Notes under the pieces: model-generated
What the model saw: the letters and a program-made list of their open reading frames with translations, nothing else
Database searches by the model: none
Told to the model about the DNA's origin: nothing
From: Squalus acanthias
Taxonomy: Eukaryota
DNA: 64,000 nucleotides
Direction: 5' to 3'
Assembly (NCBI GenBank): GCA_030390025.1
Contig: CM059433.1
Location: 13,146,001-13,210,000 of the forward strand
Shown here: positions 38,943 through 51,529 of the stretch, piece by piece
Position numbering within the stretch: position 1 is the stretch's first letter
Layout: every line of letters starts with the position of its first letter
Translations under genes and position numbers: made by a program

Positions 38943-39278
38943 TGAAATAACAACAGAAAATGCTGGAAGCACTCAGCAGGCCAGGCAGCATCCGTGGAGA
39001 GAGAAACAGAGTTAACGCTTCAGGTCTGTGACCCTTCCTCAGAACTGGAAAAGGTTGGAGATGTAACAGATTTTTTAAGCAGGTGCTAGGCAGGGAAAGG
39101 GGGAGGGGAGGAACTGAAGGAATATTCTGTGCTAGGGTAGGAGGCAGGAGAGATTAAATGTTGCAAATGGAGATGGCAGAATCATAAACAGCCTGAAAAA
39201 TGGGGGCAGGGGTTATAGTCTGAAATTGTTGAACTCAATGTTGAATCCAGAAGGCTGTAAAGTGCCTAATCGAAAGAT
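38943..39278 (-). mobile_element. Penelope-like 3' fragment (family B), hammerhead mutated (GAAA>GAAG)
   Basis: IFRLGTLQPSGFNIEFNNFRL* remnant plus family B tail. Confidence 0.8.
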
Positions 39279-39600
39279 TAAAGTACCATCATCAGCAGTA
39301 ATAATTTAGTCCACACTGTGGTCACCTTTATCATCCAAATGACACCAACTTCTGTGTAATCTGAAAGCATCTATTGTAGTTCTGCAATTTACACTAACTC
39401 AAAATTAATTAACCGTGCATCATATTTCTGCCATTCCTCTATTACAATCGAACCATGTCTTGCATTTTAGAAGTGAAGATGCCTTTAAATAAGTTGAACT
39501 GTTATTGCTAATGGAGAATGCAGAGGCTGGCTAAATTAATCTCTTGGTTACTTTCTGGCCACAAGCTGTTCTTTGCAGTTAATATATACTTATGTTCATG

Positions 39601-40625
39601 GGGGCTATTTTGGTGAAAGGGTGGAAACAGGCGCTAAATGGGTGCTGTGCTGATAACACACGCCTGTTTGAAAGTCTGGTTTTTAGCACGCAATTTTGGT
39701 CCTAATTGCTGATGACCATAATTTGAACTTTCCTGGAGATACTAAATCAGACACCTGCAGGTTAACGCTCAAAGCTCTGATTAGACGCAATTTTCGTGGA
39801 GCGGTATATGTGGGCTCCACGCACCCGCTTCCACTGAAGGTGTGGAGTGGGCTGGCTGAGACAGAGCGGCAGGTTTCAGGATGGTTTAGGGACCGAGGGA
39901 AGAGGGTGCACAGGTTCTCGGACGCGGCACCGGAGATCCTGGTGGAGGAGGTCCAGCGGAGGAGGGATGTCCCGTACCCGCAGGGAGGAAGGAGTCCACC
40001 TCGCCCTCCTGTCCCTCTCTCCTGCAGCAGCTGGTGCCGCCCTGCCTCGCCTCATGTCCTCCCCTCATTCCTCCTGCTGACCAAGAAAGAGACCTAGCAA
40101 GATACCGATGACCAAGCGCTCCCTTTCACCTGGTGACTCCTATAAGGTAGGGTGGCACAGCACTCGCTCTTTTTAGGTGAAGTCCTCCGAGAATATCCGG
40201 AATAAATGTTGCTCGAGTGTTGGTGAAGTCTTGACAAAGTGTCCCAGAAAGTCTCCTGATGTGTTTCAAAAGTCCTCTTCAAACCTCCAGCAGCAAGTGA
40301 ACAGTAAAAGGTGATACACCTTTGAGTAACGCGAAAAATCCTCTCCAACGACTAGTTTACTTCCAATCAGCTGGTCGCTGTTCGGAGAGGGTGTTAGTTT
40401 AAACGCTATCCACAAAAATGCCATGCAGCCTCGTTAATGAATGCTAGCAGGCAATTTAAGTGACAATCAGCTGCTTATTGGTCCCCCGGGCGGTCGTCCC
40501 TAGCACAGGCTTCAACTCCTTTACCAAGATGGCGTCTTGCGCTAAACCCGTGTTTCAGCTTAAGACCCCATCTTGACCACCTCAGAGGCTTTTCTAGCGC
40601 CTAAAGTATCTGGGGAAAATCCCCC
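39601..40625. mobile_element. Non-autonomous Harbinger derivative with Myb/SANT remnant
   Basis: ggggctattttgg / ggggaaaatcccc ends, agcgcc motifs; RGKRVHRFSDAAPEILVEEVQRRRDV remnant near 39890-39980. Confidence 0.6.
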
Positions 40626-40788
40626 CCCCCCCCCCCATGTTTTAGAAAATTACAAAATAAGGTTCTGATTTGCAGGTATCACCTTCGCAACATAGCTGAG
40701 GTGTCATGCAGGGAGAAATATTGTTTCCAGTATAACAGTCAAAATAGACTTGAGTTACAAATTTAGGATCTTGTCGTAGATACATATG

Positions 40789-41105
40789 GACTGGATTTTG
40801 CCGGGTCCCTCCTGCATGGTGCGGGGGACCCAGTAGATGGTGGGAAACCTGGAAGGTTGGGTTTCCCGAGCCCCCGGGATCCCTGGCCGCCTGCAGTAAA
40901 ACCTGCAAATCAGGTTACATAGAGGCTTCAGGCCTCATTATAATATGTAAATTGCCAACCCGCCTCCTGGCAGCGGGTTGGCTGCCCGTCCCGCCTGAGT
41001 GAAAGGTGAAAGTGGGCGGGGCGGGGTTCACACTTTTTTCAACTTTCACTTCCCCCTCACGTCTCCAACCTCTCCCCCCCAGTTCTTACCTCTGAAAATT
41101 CCGGC
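40789..41105. mobile_element. Small GC-rich MITE
   Basis: imperfect TIR ggactggattttg / gaaaattccggcc. Confidence 0.45.
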
Positions 41106-43896
41106 CACAGATGTTGCATCACGGAAACAAACCATTTGGCCCAACCGGTCTGTCGGTGTTTAGCCTCCACGCGAGCAGATAGTTCTAATCATATTTTCTC
41201 ACCCTGTTATCCTTCAGAGTACGAGGCGATGCTATTGCTACTCTGCTGTTCTACGCTATTGTATAGTTAGATATTGGGCAGTACTGGAAAACTTTCCATC
41301 CACCTATGCAATCTAATCTTGAATGTTGATAGTTTCTGCTCCGTCTACCAAACCTGAAAGTGAATTTGCTTGGGTACAGGGTGCTAGTCAATTTCATAAG
41401 TGGTCCGTGTGTCTTACATTTTGGTGTTTTTCAGTAATGCCCAATATCTAACTATACAATAGCATAATACAGCAGTGTAGCAATAGCACCACCTTGCAAT
41501 CTGAATTGGATACTTGCATGACTTGTGTCATTCTTCAGTTTCTTCACAGGTGGACAGAATAAACACTTCAGACGAAGCCAAATATTAATTGTTAAGCAGC
41601 TTTATTTCACAGCACTTGAAGATAGCTACAGTTATCTGATCATCTTATTTCAGTCAGTACAACGTGTTTTCATGCAACAATAGAAAATAATGACTGTGCT
41701 AAGCATCTCCAAATCAGTGGATTGTTTTACTTGATTTAAACAAAGTAACTCCGAACTAGCCTCCAGTATTCCCCTGAATCTGGCCAAAGTTTGCACTCGC
41801 AGCTTTCTGTTTTCAAAACCTGACTAACTGCTTGTTCATCTGTCTTTTTTTCCAACACTTGTTGTTCACAGATAGAAGGGACCAGAGACTTCCCAACACA
41901 ATGGATGTGAGATGCTTACTGATTACTCAGGCAGGCTAATTGTTTAGTGTTTGGGGAAAGCAATTTGCATTACCAAATTAACCACTGGCTCTCTTTGCTA
42001 TTTTTGAACTTGTGCGAATAGGTTTTGCTTTAAAAAGCCAACATTTAAAATTAAACTTTTGTTTTTCTAAATCCTCTCTGTGGCAAAATGGTTGAAAGGT
42101 CACTGACAGCAGAATTCGGGAAGGTTCCAGTTACAAATTATGTTTATTCTCAAAATGACAGAATGTGAAAACAAATTGGATGGGGATTTATGACACATGA
42201 AACATTAAAAAAAAAAAAGAAATCCAAAATCAAACAATTACAAAGCAGAAAAGATCAGTACCTGGATTTTCTGGGGTGGCTCGCTGGCAGATCAGTGGAA
42301 GAGATCAACAGAACAACAGCAATTTCAACTGTTTCTCGAGGGTTTCCAGTATTTGTTCCAGCTTGCTATTTTTAAGCACTCAGTGAGGAAAAGAAACACA
42401 AGCCACAAAGGTTAATCCACCCAAATAATCATTGCCGGTGCTTATTCGGGTCCGAACCTTAGATTAGGGGAGGCAGCACACCTGCCAGTATTTTCGGTCC
42501 TGCTTTTGCGCTGCTTGTGTGAAGGGAGCCAAAGTGCGCTGTTTCTGCCCCAGAATGCACTGTGATCCACGCTTCTGCATGTGTGGGATGTTTTGTGCTT
42601 GCACAGAAGACATAACTTGGAAAAATGTGGGGGCGTTTTTTAAAAAAATCCTACGAATAGCAAACACGGAGAGCACTGCGTGAATAGCCCAATGGGGCGG
42701 CGGGGGGGGGTTCAAAATCTTGCTCGCTCACTCAGAAAACGAGCAGTTGGCACCTATGTATATACTAAATTTAATGTGCCAGGGTCAAGTAGCCTCTGAT
42801 TTACACTGACTGACTGACTATACTGTGCGTTCCTTGCAACTGGTTGACAATGTTTCAGAGGTTGAAGCCATGCCTACACAATCTCCAGCTTTAATCCCTA
42901 CCTGACGTGTGGTTCCAGCTTCCCCCTCTCTAATTCCCTCCAGTCATTCAGGAATTTATCCACATCGGCACTGCTGCCAGATCCTGTAGCAAAATGCTCA
43001 AGTCAGGGGGCTGCAGGGACTGGGTTTCCAGACCAATCCAGCTTGAGTACTTTCCTGTTGGGCGCTGGAGACAGCGTTATCGCAGAAAAGCAGTCGCCTG
43101 AGTAGCTACCCTGCTTGGGTGAGTGAGGTGGAGTGAATGTGAGGAAGAATAAAATGAGTACTGCAATTAAAATGGGTATTCGCAACCATTGAAATGTAAG
43201 AGGTGGCTTCTGTACAGAAATGACTTATAAACTAAGTCTTACAATTCATCAGGACTTCATGTTTCGTGTTCCCTGTTCTTTTTAAAAAAAAAAACTGTTT
43301 TCATCATTTGCAGCTGGGTTTCAATCTGGTCCAAATGGATCTGATGAAAGTCATCTGTTGGCTGTAAAAGTCCAATATGAAAGAAACTTTGGGGGCGATT
43401 GAAATTCTAATGACCATCGAATCACAGCACAAAACTGTCCTTAATTCGACCCAGGTTAGAGCTGAATTCAGAATTTCACTCTGGCTTTTTTTGAAAAATG
43501 TAGATCCCACACGAGCGCAAGGTATTTTATACACAGTGCAGAGGGATGAATCGTAGGGATGCTTGATGCTGATGCTGGATGTCTGAAACTGGGAACACGT
43601 TCCATTTCTCCAGTGCTTGCAGCCATCATCATGAAGAGCAAACTATTCACCAAAAGAGATTTTTTTTTTAAAATGGTTATTTTTGGTAAGCTGTGAAGCT
43701 CACATCACCTTTTATAATATACAGTGAGATAAATGATCATCTTTACCCCCAGGGCATTGCGCTGTTCCCAGGTGATGTTTAGCACCAGGTGATGTTTGTG
43801 GGAGCTTGCACCTTCATGGCATGGCATATGATTTACTGGTGTCATGGTTTCTGTATTTGTTGAAATCCACATTCACGCAGTATAATTTGTGTATTA

Positions 43897-44350
43897 AAGA
43901 AAGACTTGCATTCAGATAGCGCCTTTCACGACCACCGGACGTCTCAAAGCGTTTTACAGCCAGTGAAGTACTTTTTGGAGTGTAGTCACTGTTGTAATGT
44001 GGGATACGCCAGTTTGCGCACAGCAAGCTCCCACAAACAGCAATGTGATAATGACCAGAGAATCTGTTTTTGTTATGTTGGTTGAGGGATAAATATTGGT
44101 CCCAGGACACCGGGGATAACTCCCCTGCTCTTCTTTGAAATAGTGGCCATGGGATCTTTTACGTCCACCTGAGAGAGCAGACGGGGCCTCGGTTTAACGT
44201 CTCATCCGAAAGACGGCACCTCCGACAATGCAGCACTCCCTCAGCACTGTACTGGAGTGTCAGCCTAGATTTCAGCCCGGAGTGGGATTTGAACCCACAG
44301 CCTTCTGACTCCGAGGCGAGTGTGCTACCAACTGAGCCACGGCTGACACT
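43897..44350 (-). mobile_element. SacSINE1-like SINE
   Basis: full-length match to the other copies. Confidence 0.88.
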
Positions 44351-44769
44351 TATGCTTATTATGGTTAACCAGTAACCCTCCAAATGTTATGCTTGACATA
44401 TGAAATGCAATTTCATTAACTTTAACTTCAAAAGAAATATCAGATTCAAGAAATGGCTTTTTGGGCTGCAGTTAGATAGTTTATCTTTGAGATTTAGAGT
44501 TGAGAAACTCAAAAGTACAAAAAGATTGGCCTCGAAAGAGGAAAAAAAGGAGGTTTCCGTTACATTTTTATTTAGCAATACTTTTGGTTCTTCAGTGGAA
44601 ATTATAAATGGTGATGAACTGCTAGTGGTCATTGCTCAAATATCTCTTTGATTATTGTACTGTTTGTCATTTTAATTACTTTAGCCTGTAAAAGCTCTGG
44701 CCTCTGTTTGATATTCTGCCAATCTGGAGAGAGTGGTAGAATAGCAGAATCTTAGACTGAAGAGATATA

Positions 44770-45048
44770 TCTGAGACTGTGACCCCTGGTTCTCGACTCC
44801 CCAGCCAGGGTAAACATCCTCCCTGCATCTGCCCTGTAAGAATTTTGTATGTTTCAATGAGATCATCTCTCATTCTTCTAAAGTCCAGAGAATATAGGCC
44901 TAGTCTACTCAATCTCTCCTCATAGGACAATTCCCACCCCCACCCCCATCCCAGGAATCAGTCTGGTGAACCTTTGTTGCACCTCTATGGCAAGTATATC
45001 CTTCCTGAGGTACAGTTTTGGTCTCCTTACACAATACTCCAGGTGTGG
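44770..45048 (-). mobile_element. CR1 LINE fragment
   Basis: LSYEERLSRLGLYSLDFRRMRDDLIETYKIL. Confidence 0.85.
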
Positions 45049-45049
45049 T

Positions 45050-46213
45050 ACAGTATTTATGTGGCTGGTCCAGTTAAGTTTCTGGTCAATGGTGACCCCC
45101 AGGATGTTGATGGTGGGGGATTCGGCGATGGTAATGCCATTGAATGTCAAGGGGCGGTGGTTAGACTCTCGCTTGTTGGAGATAGTCATTGCCTGGCACT
45201 TTGGCGCAAATGTTACCTGCCACTTATCAGCCCAAGCCTGAATGTCGTCCAGGTCTTGTTGCATGCGAGCATGGACTGCTTCATTATCTGAGGAGTTGTG
45301 AATGGCACTGAACACTGTGCAGTCATCAGCGAACATCCCCATTTCTGACCTTCTGTTTGAGGGAAGACATTGATGAAGCAGCTGAAGATGGTTGGGCCTA
45401 GGACACTGCCCTGAGGAACACCTGCAGCAATGTCCTGGGGCTGTGATGATTGACCTTCAATCACCACCACCATCTTCCTTTGTGCTAGGTATGACTCCCA
45501 GCCAGTGGAGAGTTACCCCCCCCCCACCGATTCCCATTGACTTCAGTTTTACTAGGGCTCCGTGATGCCACACTCGGTCAAATGCTGCCTTGATGTCAAG
45601 GGCAGTCACTCTCACCTCACCTCTGGAATTCAGCTCCTTTGTCCATGTTTGGACCAAGGCTGTAATGAGATCGGGAGCCGAGTGGTCTTGGCGGAACCCA
45701 AACTGGACATCAGTGAGCAGGTTATTGGTGAGCAAGTGCCGCTTGATAGCACTGTCGATGACACCTTCCATCACTTTGCTGATGATTGAGAGTAGACTGA
45801 TGGGGCGGTAATTAGCCAAATTGGATTTGTCTTGTTTTTTGTGGACAGGACATACCTGGGCAGTTTTCCACATTGTCGGATAGATGCCAGTGTTGTAGCT
45901 GTACTGGAACAGCTTGGCTGGAGGCGCGGCTAGTTCTGGAGCACAAGTCTTCAGCACGACAGCCGGGATGTTGTCGGGGCCCATAGCCTTTGCTGTATCC
46001 AGTGCGCTGAGCCGTTTCTTGATATCACGTGGAGTGAATCGATTTGGCTGAAGACTGGCTTCTGTGATGGTGGGGACCTCAGGAGGAGGCCGATATGGTT
46101 CATCCACTCGGCACTTCTGGCTGAAGATGGTTGCAAACGCTTTAGCCTTGTCTTTTGCACTCACGTTCTGGTCTCCACCATCATTGAGGATGTGGACATT
46201 CATGGAGCCTCCT
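45050..46213 (-). mobile_element. ORF1-less APE-RT LINE family, copy 3 (RT fragment)
   Basis: KAMGPDNIPAVVLKTCAPELA...QFGFRQDHSAPDLI...ALDIKAAFDRVWH, GVPQGSVLGP, MFADD; reverse complement of about 19815-20905. Confidence 0.92.
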
Positions 46214-46429
46214 ACAGGCGATGCTTCAGCAAACATAAAAATATAAGCATTAGGAGCAGGAGTCGGCCATACGACCCCTCGAGCCTGCTCCGCCATTCAA
46301 TAAGATCATGGCAAGGGGAAACGCAAGAAAGCTGTATCTTCTGGATCATAGATGACCAAGTCCGCTTATGAGTGTTGTTGTAAATTTGTAACGTGAAAGA
46401 GAAAAATTATGCTTCTAACATAATCTTTT

Positions 46430-47108
46430 TCAGAGAGATTTGGGTGTCCTAGTACAAGAAACACACAGAGTTAGCATGCAGGTACAGCAAGCAATTAGGA
46501 AGGCAAATGGCATGTTGGCCATGGTTGGAGTACAAGAGTAAGGAAGTCTTGGTACAGTTGTACGGGGCTCTGGTGAATCCACACCTTGAGTACTGTGCAC
46601 AGTTTTGGTCTCCTTGTTTAAGGAAGGATATATTTGCCTTGGAGGCGGTGCAACGAAGGTTCACTAGAATGATTCCTGGGGTGAGAGGGTTGCCCTATGA
46701 GGAGAGATTGAGCCCTCTCTGGAGTTTAGAAGAATGAGAGGTGATCTCATTGAAACATGTAAGATACTGAGAGGGATTGACAGGATAGATGCTGAGAGAT
46801 TGTTTCCCCTGGCTGGAGAGTCGCGAACTCGGGGATAAGGGGCCGGCCATTTAAGACCGAGATGAGGAGGAATTTGTTCACTCAGAGGGTTGTGAATCTT
46901 TGGAATTCTCTGCCCCAAAAGTGCTACGGATGCTGAGTCGTTGAGTATATTCAAGACTGAGATAGATTTTTGGACGCCAGAGGAATTAAGGGATATGGGG
47001 ATAGGGCAGGAAAGTGGAGTTGAGGTCAAAGATCAGCCATAATCTTATTGAATGGCGGAGCAGGCTCGAGGGGCCGTATGGCCGACTCCTGCTCCTAAGT
47101 CTTATGTT
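46430..47108 (+). mobile_element. CR1/HER1-like LINE 3' fragment
   Basis: LEYKSKEVLVQLYGALVNPHLEYCAQFWSP and CR1 3' UTR. Confidence 0.88.
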
Positions 47109-47491
47109 TTAACAACATTTTAACATTGCATGTGGGTTTGTTTAAATGACAGTCACAGAATGCTCTTGCATGAACTCTGGTACTTCATAATCAGTGAATC
47201 GTATCTGTACTGAACAGCCTAATATACTTAACATCAATGTGTTGTAGCTTTTACTGTCACATCATGTATTAAAAATCCTAGCTTCTTGTAGATGTTTGGG
47301 TCAGATTGATTGCTTATGAATGGGTCACATCACATGATTCACTGTTTGAAGAGCTGGTAAAAGAGCCCGAACTAATAGACACGGGTTACAATTCATGTAC
47401 ACAGGGGCTCTCCTGATCTGATCAATCCGCATCCATTCCACACGGAACAGGCCTTGATTTTTATTTTCTACAGCAAGCAATTAAAATTGAT

Positions 47492-48043
47492 ACAATAGCA
47501 AAATACTGCGGATGCTGGAAATCTGAAATAACAACAGAAAATGCTGGAAACACGCAGCAGGCCAGGCAGCATCCGTGGTGAGAGAAACGGAGTTAACGTT
47601 TCGGGTCTGTGACCCTTCGTCAGAACTGGAAACAGTTAGAGATGTAACCGGTTTTAAGCAGGTGCAGAGGCAGGGAAAGGGTGGGGGGCGGAGGGGAGGA
47701 AGGAACTAAAGGGACGGTCTGTGATAGGATGGAAGGCAGGAGACATTAAATGTTGCAAATGGGGATGGCAGAATTTTTCAGGCGGCAGCAGTTGATGATT
47801 CTGCCATCCCCATTTGCAACATTTAACCTCTCCTGCTTTCCACCCTGTCACAGACCGTCCCTTTAGTTCCTTCCTCCCCTCCCCCCCCCCTTTCCCTGCC
47901 TCTGCACCTACTTAAAACCTGTTACTTCCCTAACTTTTTCCAGTTCTGACGAAGGGTCCCAGACCCGAAACGTTAACTCTGTTTCTCTCTCCACGGATGC
48001 TGCCTGGCCTGCTGAGTGTTCCCAGCATTTTCTGTTGTTGTTT
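47492..48043. mobile_element. Penelope-like inverted-pair insert (family B), hammerheads at 47591-47627 (-) and 47942-47978 (+)
   Basis: two ~250-280-bp arms in opposite orientation; exact 14-bp TSD caattaaaattgat at 47478-47491/48044-48057. Confidence 0.87.
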
Positions 48044-48444
48044 CAATTAAAATTGATGATGGCTTCTCTCTGGATAGAAAAGACTAGAAGTCTGAGAATG
48101 TAAATTGAAGATCCTGTAGTTTGGTACTATGTTCTTTGGGCTAGGAATTATCAAGACAACATTAACTTGGATATTTAGTTTTGTTCAATAAAGCGAACAA
48201 TCATTATTAAATCTGTTAATTATAGGTGGTTAAGGCAGTACTAATAAGCGTTTAGGTAGATGGTATGCACATCTTGCATATTTTGGCAGTAATACTATAT
48301 CGTTCTAATTAATAGCACTCACATTGGGTTTTTCACTGCTGCTGTTCCCAGGAATTATGCCGTGACAATATGATTACAGTCTGTTGATAATTAAAAGCCA
48401 TATTTTGTGCTAAGAACAATAAGAATTATCTAGTAATTTGAATT

Positions 48445-49545
48445 AAATCGCATAAACAACAGCAAAGTGGGACATTGCTTGGAATTTGGTTGGGTGGTAG
48501 GAGACAGAGTAGGGACAAAGGGTGCGTACTCTGATTGGTGGGATGTGACAAGTGGTGTTCCCCAGGGACCTGGACTGGGGCCTCAGCTTTTCACCTGATT
48601 TATCAAATGACTTGGCTGAAGGAATAAAGAGTTGCGTATCCACATTTTTCAGCTGAGACAAATTTAGGTTGGTGCAGTAAGTAGTGCAGATGTGAGCGAG
48701 AAGTTACCAAGGGACACAGACGGAATAAGTGAGTGAGCATGTGCAAAAACAGGCAAATTGAGTTCAATGCGAGGTCATCCACTTTGGATCCAAGAAAGAC
48801 AAATTGGAGTATTTTCTAACTGTGGAGGAGCGAAGAGATTTGGGTGTCCATGTACACAAATCACTGAAAGTTAGTGGACAGGTACAAAAAATAATTTAAG
48901 AAGCTAATGGAATGTTGGCCTTTATCTCAAGAGGACTGGAATACAAAGGGGTGGAAGTGATGTTACAGCTGTTCAGAGCTCTGGTTAGACCCCATCTGGA
49001 GCACTGCATCCTGTTCTGGGCACTGCACCTCAGCAAGGATATATTGGCCTTGGAGGGGGTGCAGCGCAGATTCACCAGATTGATACCGGGGCTAAAAGGG
49101 TTAAAGAATGAGGACAAGTTGCATAGACTAGGCTTGTATTCGTTCAAATATCGAAGATTAAGGGGTGCTCTAAACGAGGTGTTTAAGATGATCAAAGGAG
49201 TTGATGGGGTAGATGGAGAGAAACTATTTCCTCTGGTGGGGGGAGTCCAGAACAAGAGGGCACAACGTTAAAATTAGAGCTAGGCCCCGTTCAGGGGTGA
49301 TGTCAGGAAGCACTTCTTCACACAAAGGGTAGTGGCAATCTGGAACTCTGTCCCCCAAAAAGCTGTTGAGGCTGGGGGGGTCAATTGATAATTTCAAAAC
49401 TGAGATTGATAGATTTTTGTTTGGCAAGGGTATTAAGGTTACGAATCCACGGCGGGCAGATGGAGTTGAGATACAGATCAGCCATGATCTAACTGAACGG
49501 CAGAACAGGCTCGATGGGCTGAATGGCCTCCTCCTGTTCCCGTGT
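48445..49545 (+). mobile_element. CR1 LINE 3' fragment (RT end)
   Basis: SGVPQG remnant; MLAFISRGLEYKGVEVMLQLFRALVRPHLEHC; CR1 3' UTR. Confidence 0.88.
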
Positions 49546-49857
49546 CTGAAAAACTAGCTAATTAACAGGGAGCCATTCAAGAGAGATTTTTTCCACCAAA
49601 TTGTAGCTTTGGATTGTGACTCTTGGATCACAAGACTGTACAAGTCACACAGCGCCTCAAGCACAAGCTCCACAAATCGATTTTAATGGTTTTATCCACT
49701 GTATTCAACAGTAACAGTGCGTTTCCTGTTGAAATTAGAAGAAGGAAGAAGTGGAGAGCGTATATTCTAAAATTCTGAGCAAAGCCTGCCGAAGCTTAGG
49801 ATTCAACGTATCACTGGATTCAAATGTTCCTATAGTTTGAAACTGGCTAAGACCCTA

Positions 49858-50522
49858 GGGCCTAGAAATTGGCCTCCTTAGCACCTCCTGTTGTCGCCTC
49901 CGGGAGGGGGGCGCTAAGCACTTACTGACCGGGCATGGTGAGAAGATCGACTCCCACTACGTTCGGCGGGAGGGTTGCGGCGGCGGTATGGCGTTGCACC
50001 CCGATCTCCTTCGCCCGGAGATGGTGATGTCATCGCCCCAGGTAGCGCCCCGGACCCGAACCTCGGTTCCGCCCCCTGCAGCATCGCCGGGCGACAACAC
50101 CGGCAGCTGCAGGAGGCGTTCATCGGGAGGCGAGGTGGCCGAGGTAAGTTTATAAAAAATAAATTCTGAAAAAGCTCTTTCTCTTTCTCTTTTTCATCTG
50201 TCTTCGCCAGCACTCGATCAGCCCGGCACTCTGCTGCAGTTGATCGGGCCGGATCGTGGCTGCCGTCGGGGACCAGGCAAGTTTTGCCCTTGCAGAGCCT
50301 GCAGCGATGGCCCTTCCCTTTAAGGGAGGGAAGGAGCCTTCCAACGCGGCAGTGCTGCTCGGCCCAGTGTACAGCGCTGCTCACCTACCGCCCCGCCTGC
50401 TGCCTGCTGTGCTCCAGGAAGGAGGTGGAGGGCTTGATTTAGTGCTCCACTTCCTTCCTGGAGCGTAAACCCCGAATTTTTTAAAAAGTTGATAAAATTA
50501 GCGCCTGGCGAATTTCTCCCCC
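49858..50522. mobile_element. GC-rich Harbinger-type MITE
   Basis: gggcctagaaatt / gaatttctccccc ends; colinear with 57482-58210. Confidence 0.75.
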
Positions 50523-50861
50523 TCTGTCTTCTCAAGGCTATGTGTTCATTTTCGAGTGGTTGCATAAATCATATTTTTGTTCCTGTGTCCCAAATATAAG
50601 CAATTCCGCATAGCATTGTATCATAAACAGCCGAAGCACAAATTGTACACAGCAATGCAAGTACGTGCATGTCCTATTGTGTTTGAGTTGCAGTATGCTT
50701 CGTGAGGACTGTGTTTTTCAATATTTACTGACTGTTCAGCCATAACTTAATTATTTTCCTTCACAGATAGTGAGAATTGTTCATGCTGTTGCTACACTGT
50801 TTGTCAGCTTAAATGGTTTCAATTTTCATAAACCAGGTTATTGACCGTCTGTGGAGACAGA

Positions 50862-51529
50862 GGGCTGGAAATTCGGCTCCTATGCGCCTCCGGGGCGCAA
50901 AGGGCTTATCGCCCGGGGGGAAGCAGCTCCCGAGAAATTCGGCAGGGCGTTGCTGAGATGCTACCCGGTAGCGCCCCAGGCCGCTGCGCCGCCAGTGACC
51001 CCCTCGCACCCCGCCAGGGTCCCTTACCGTCCCGCGGCAGAAATTCGGCTGCGCCCCGCAAGGCTGCCGTGGGCTGTGTCAGCGCCAGTCTCGCGGGTCG
51101 CGAGCCGGGCCGACCTCTGCTCGCAGGGCAGTATTTAAAGCGGAGATGCAGTCGTGACCCGTGGTGGGCCACGGCGTGGTCATGGCTGCCATCGCGCAGC
51201 CCGGCGCCGCGTCTCGGCGCCGGGCTGCGGCCATGGCACCACGCCGCCCTGGTGGCCTAGTGTGGGTCATCGGAGGCCCTGCAGAGTGCGCAGCGGCCCC
51301 TCCCCTTTAACTGAACCAACTACGTGGAGCCACTGCCGATCGCGCCCCGACATCGCCTCGGTTACTGCCCCACCAGGAAGTGGAGCGCCCGAGATTGCAC
51401 TCCACTTCCTGTGCGGGGCGGTAAGCCGAATTTAGCGGCCGGGGCGGTACTTCAGCATCGGGCGCTAAATGTCCGGCCTTAACTCGGTTACCGCCCCCAA
51501 ACGGGGGGTGTCACCCAATTTCGTGCCCC
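50862..51529. mobile_element. GC-rich Harbinger-type MITE
   Basis: gggctggaaattc / aatttcgtgcccc ends; shared aggaagtggagcgc motif. Confidence 0.7.

Noticed and set aside
43341..43385. CTGATGA as a hammerhead core
   Set aside because: No correctly placed GAAA or stem I/III pairing
45457..46296. 279-aa ORF as a functional reverse transcriptase gene
   Set aside because: Its start comes from an unrelated CR1 tail fused to a truncated, frameshifted LINE fragment
49914..51435. Clusters of ORFs and CpG-island-like signal (also at 5.1-5.7, 57.5-58.2 and 61.6-62.4 kb) as genes or promoters
   Set aside because: Explained by GC-rich MITEs with few stop codons; no recognisable domains
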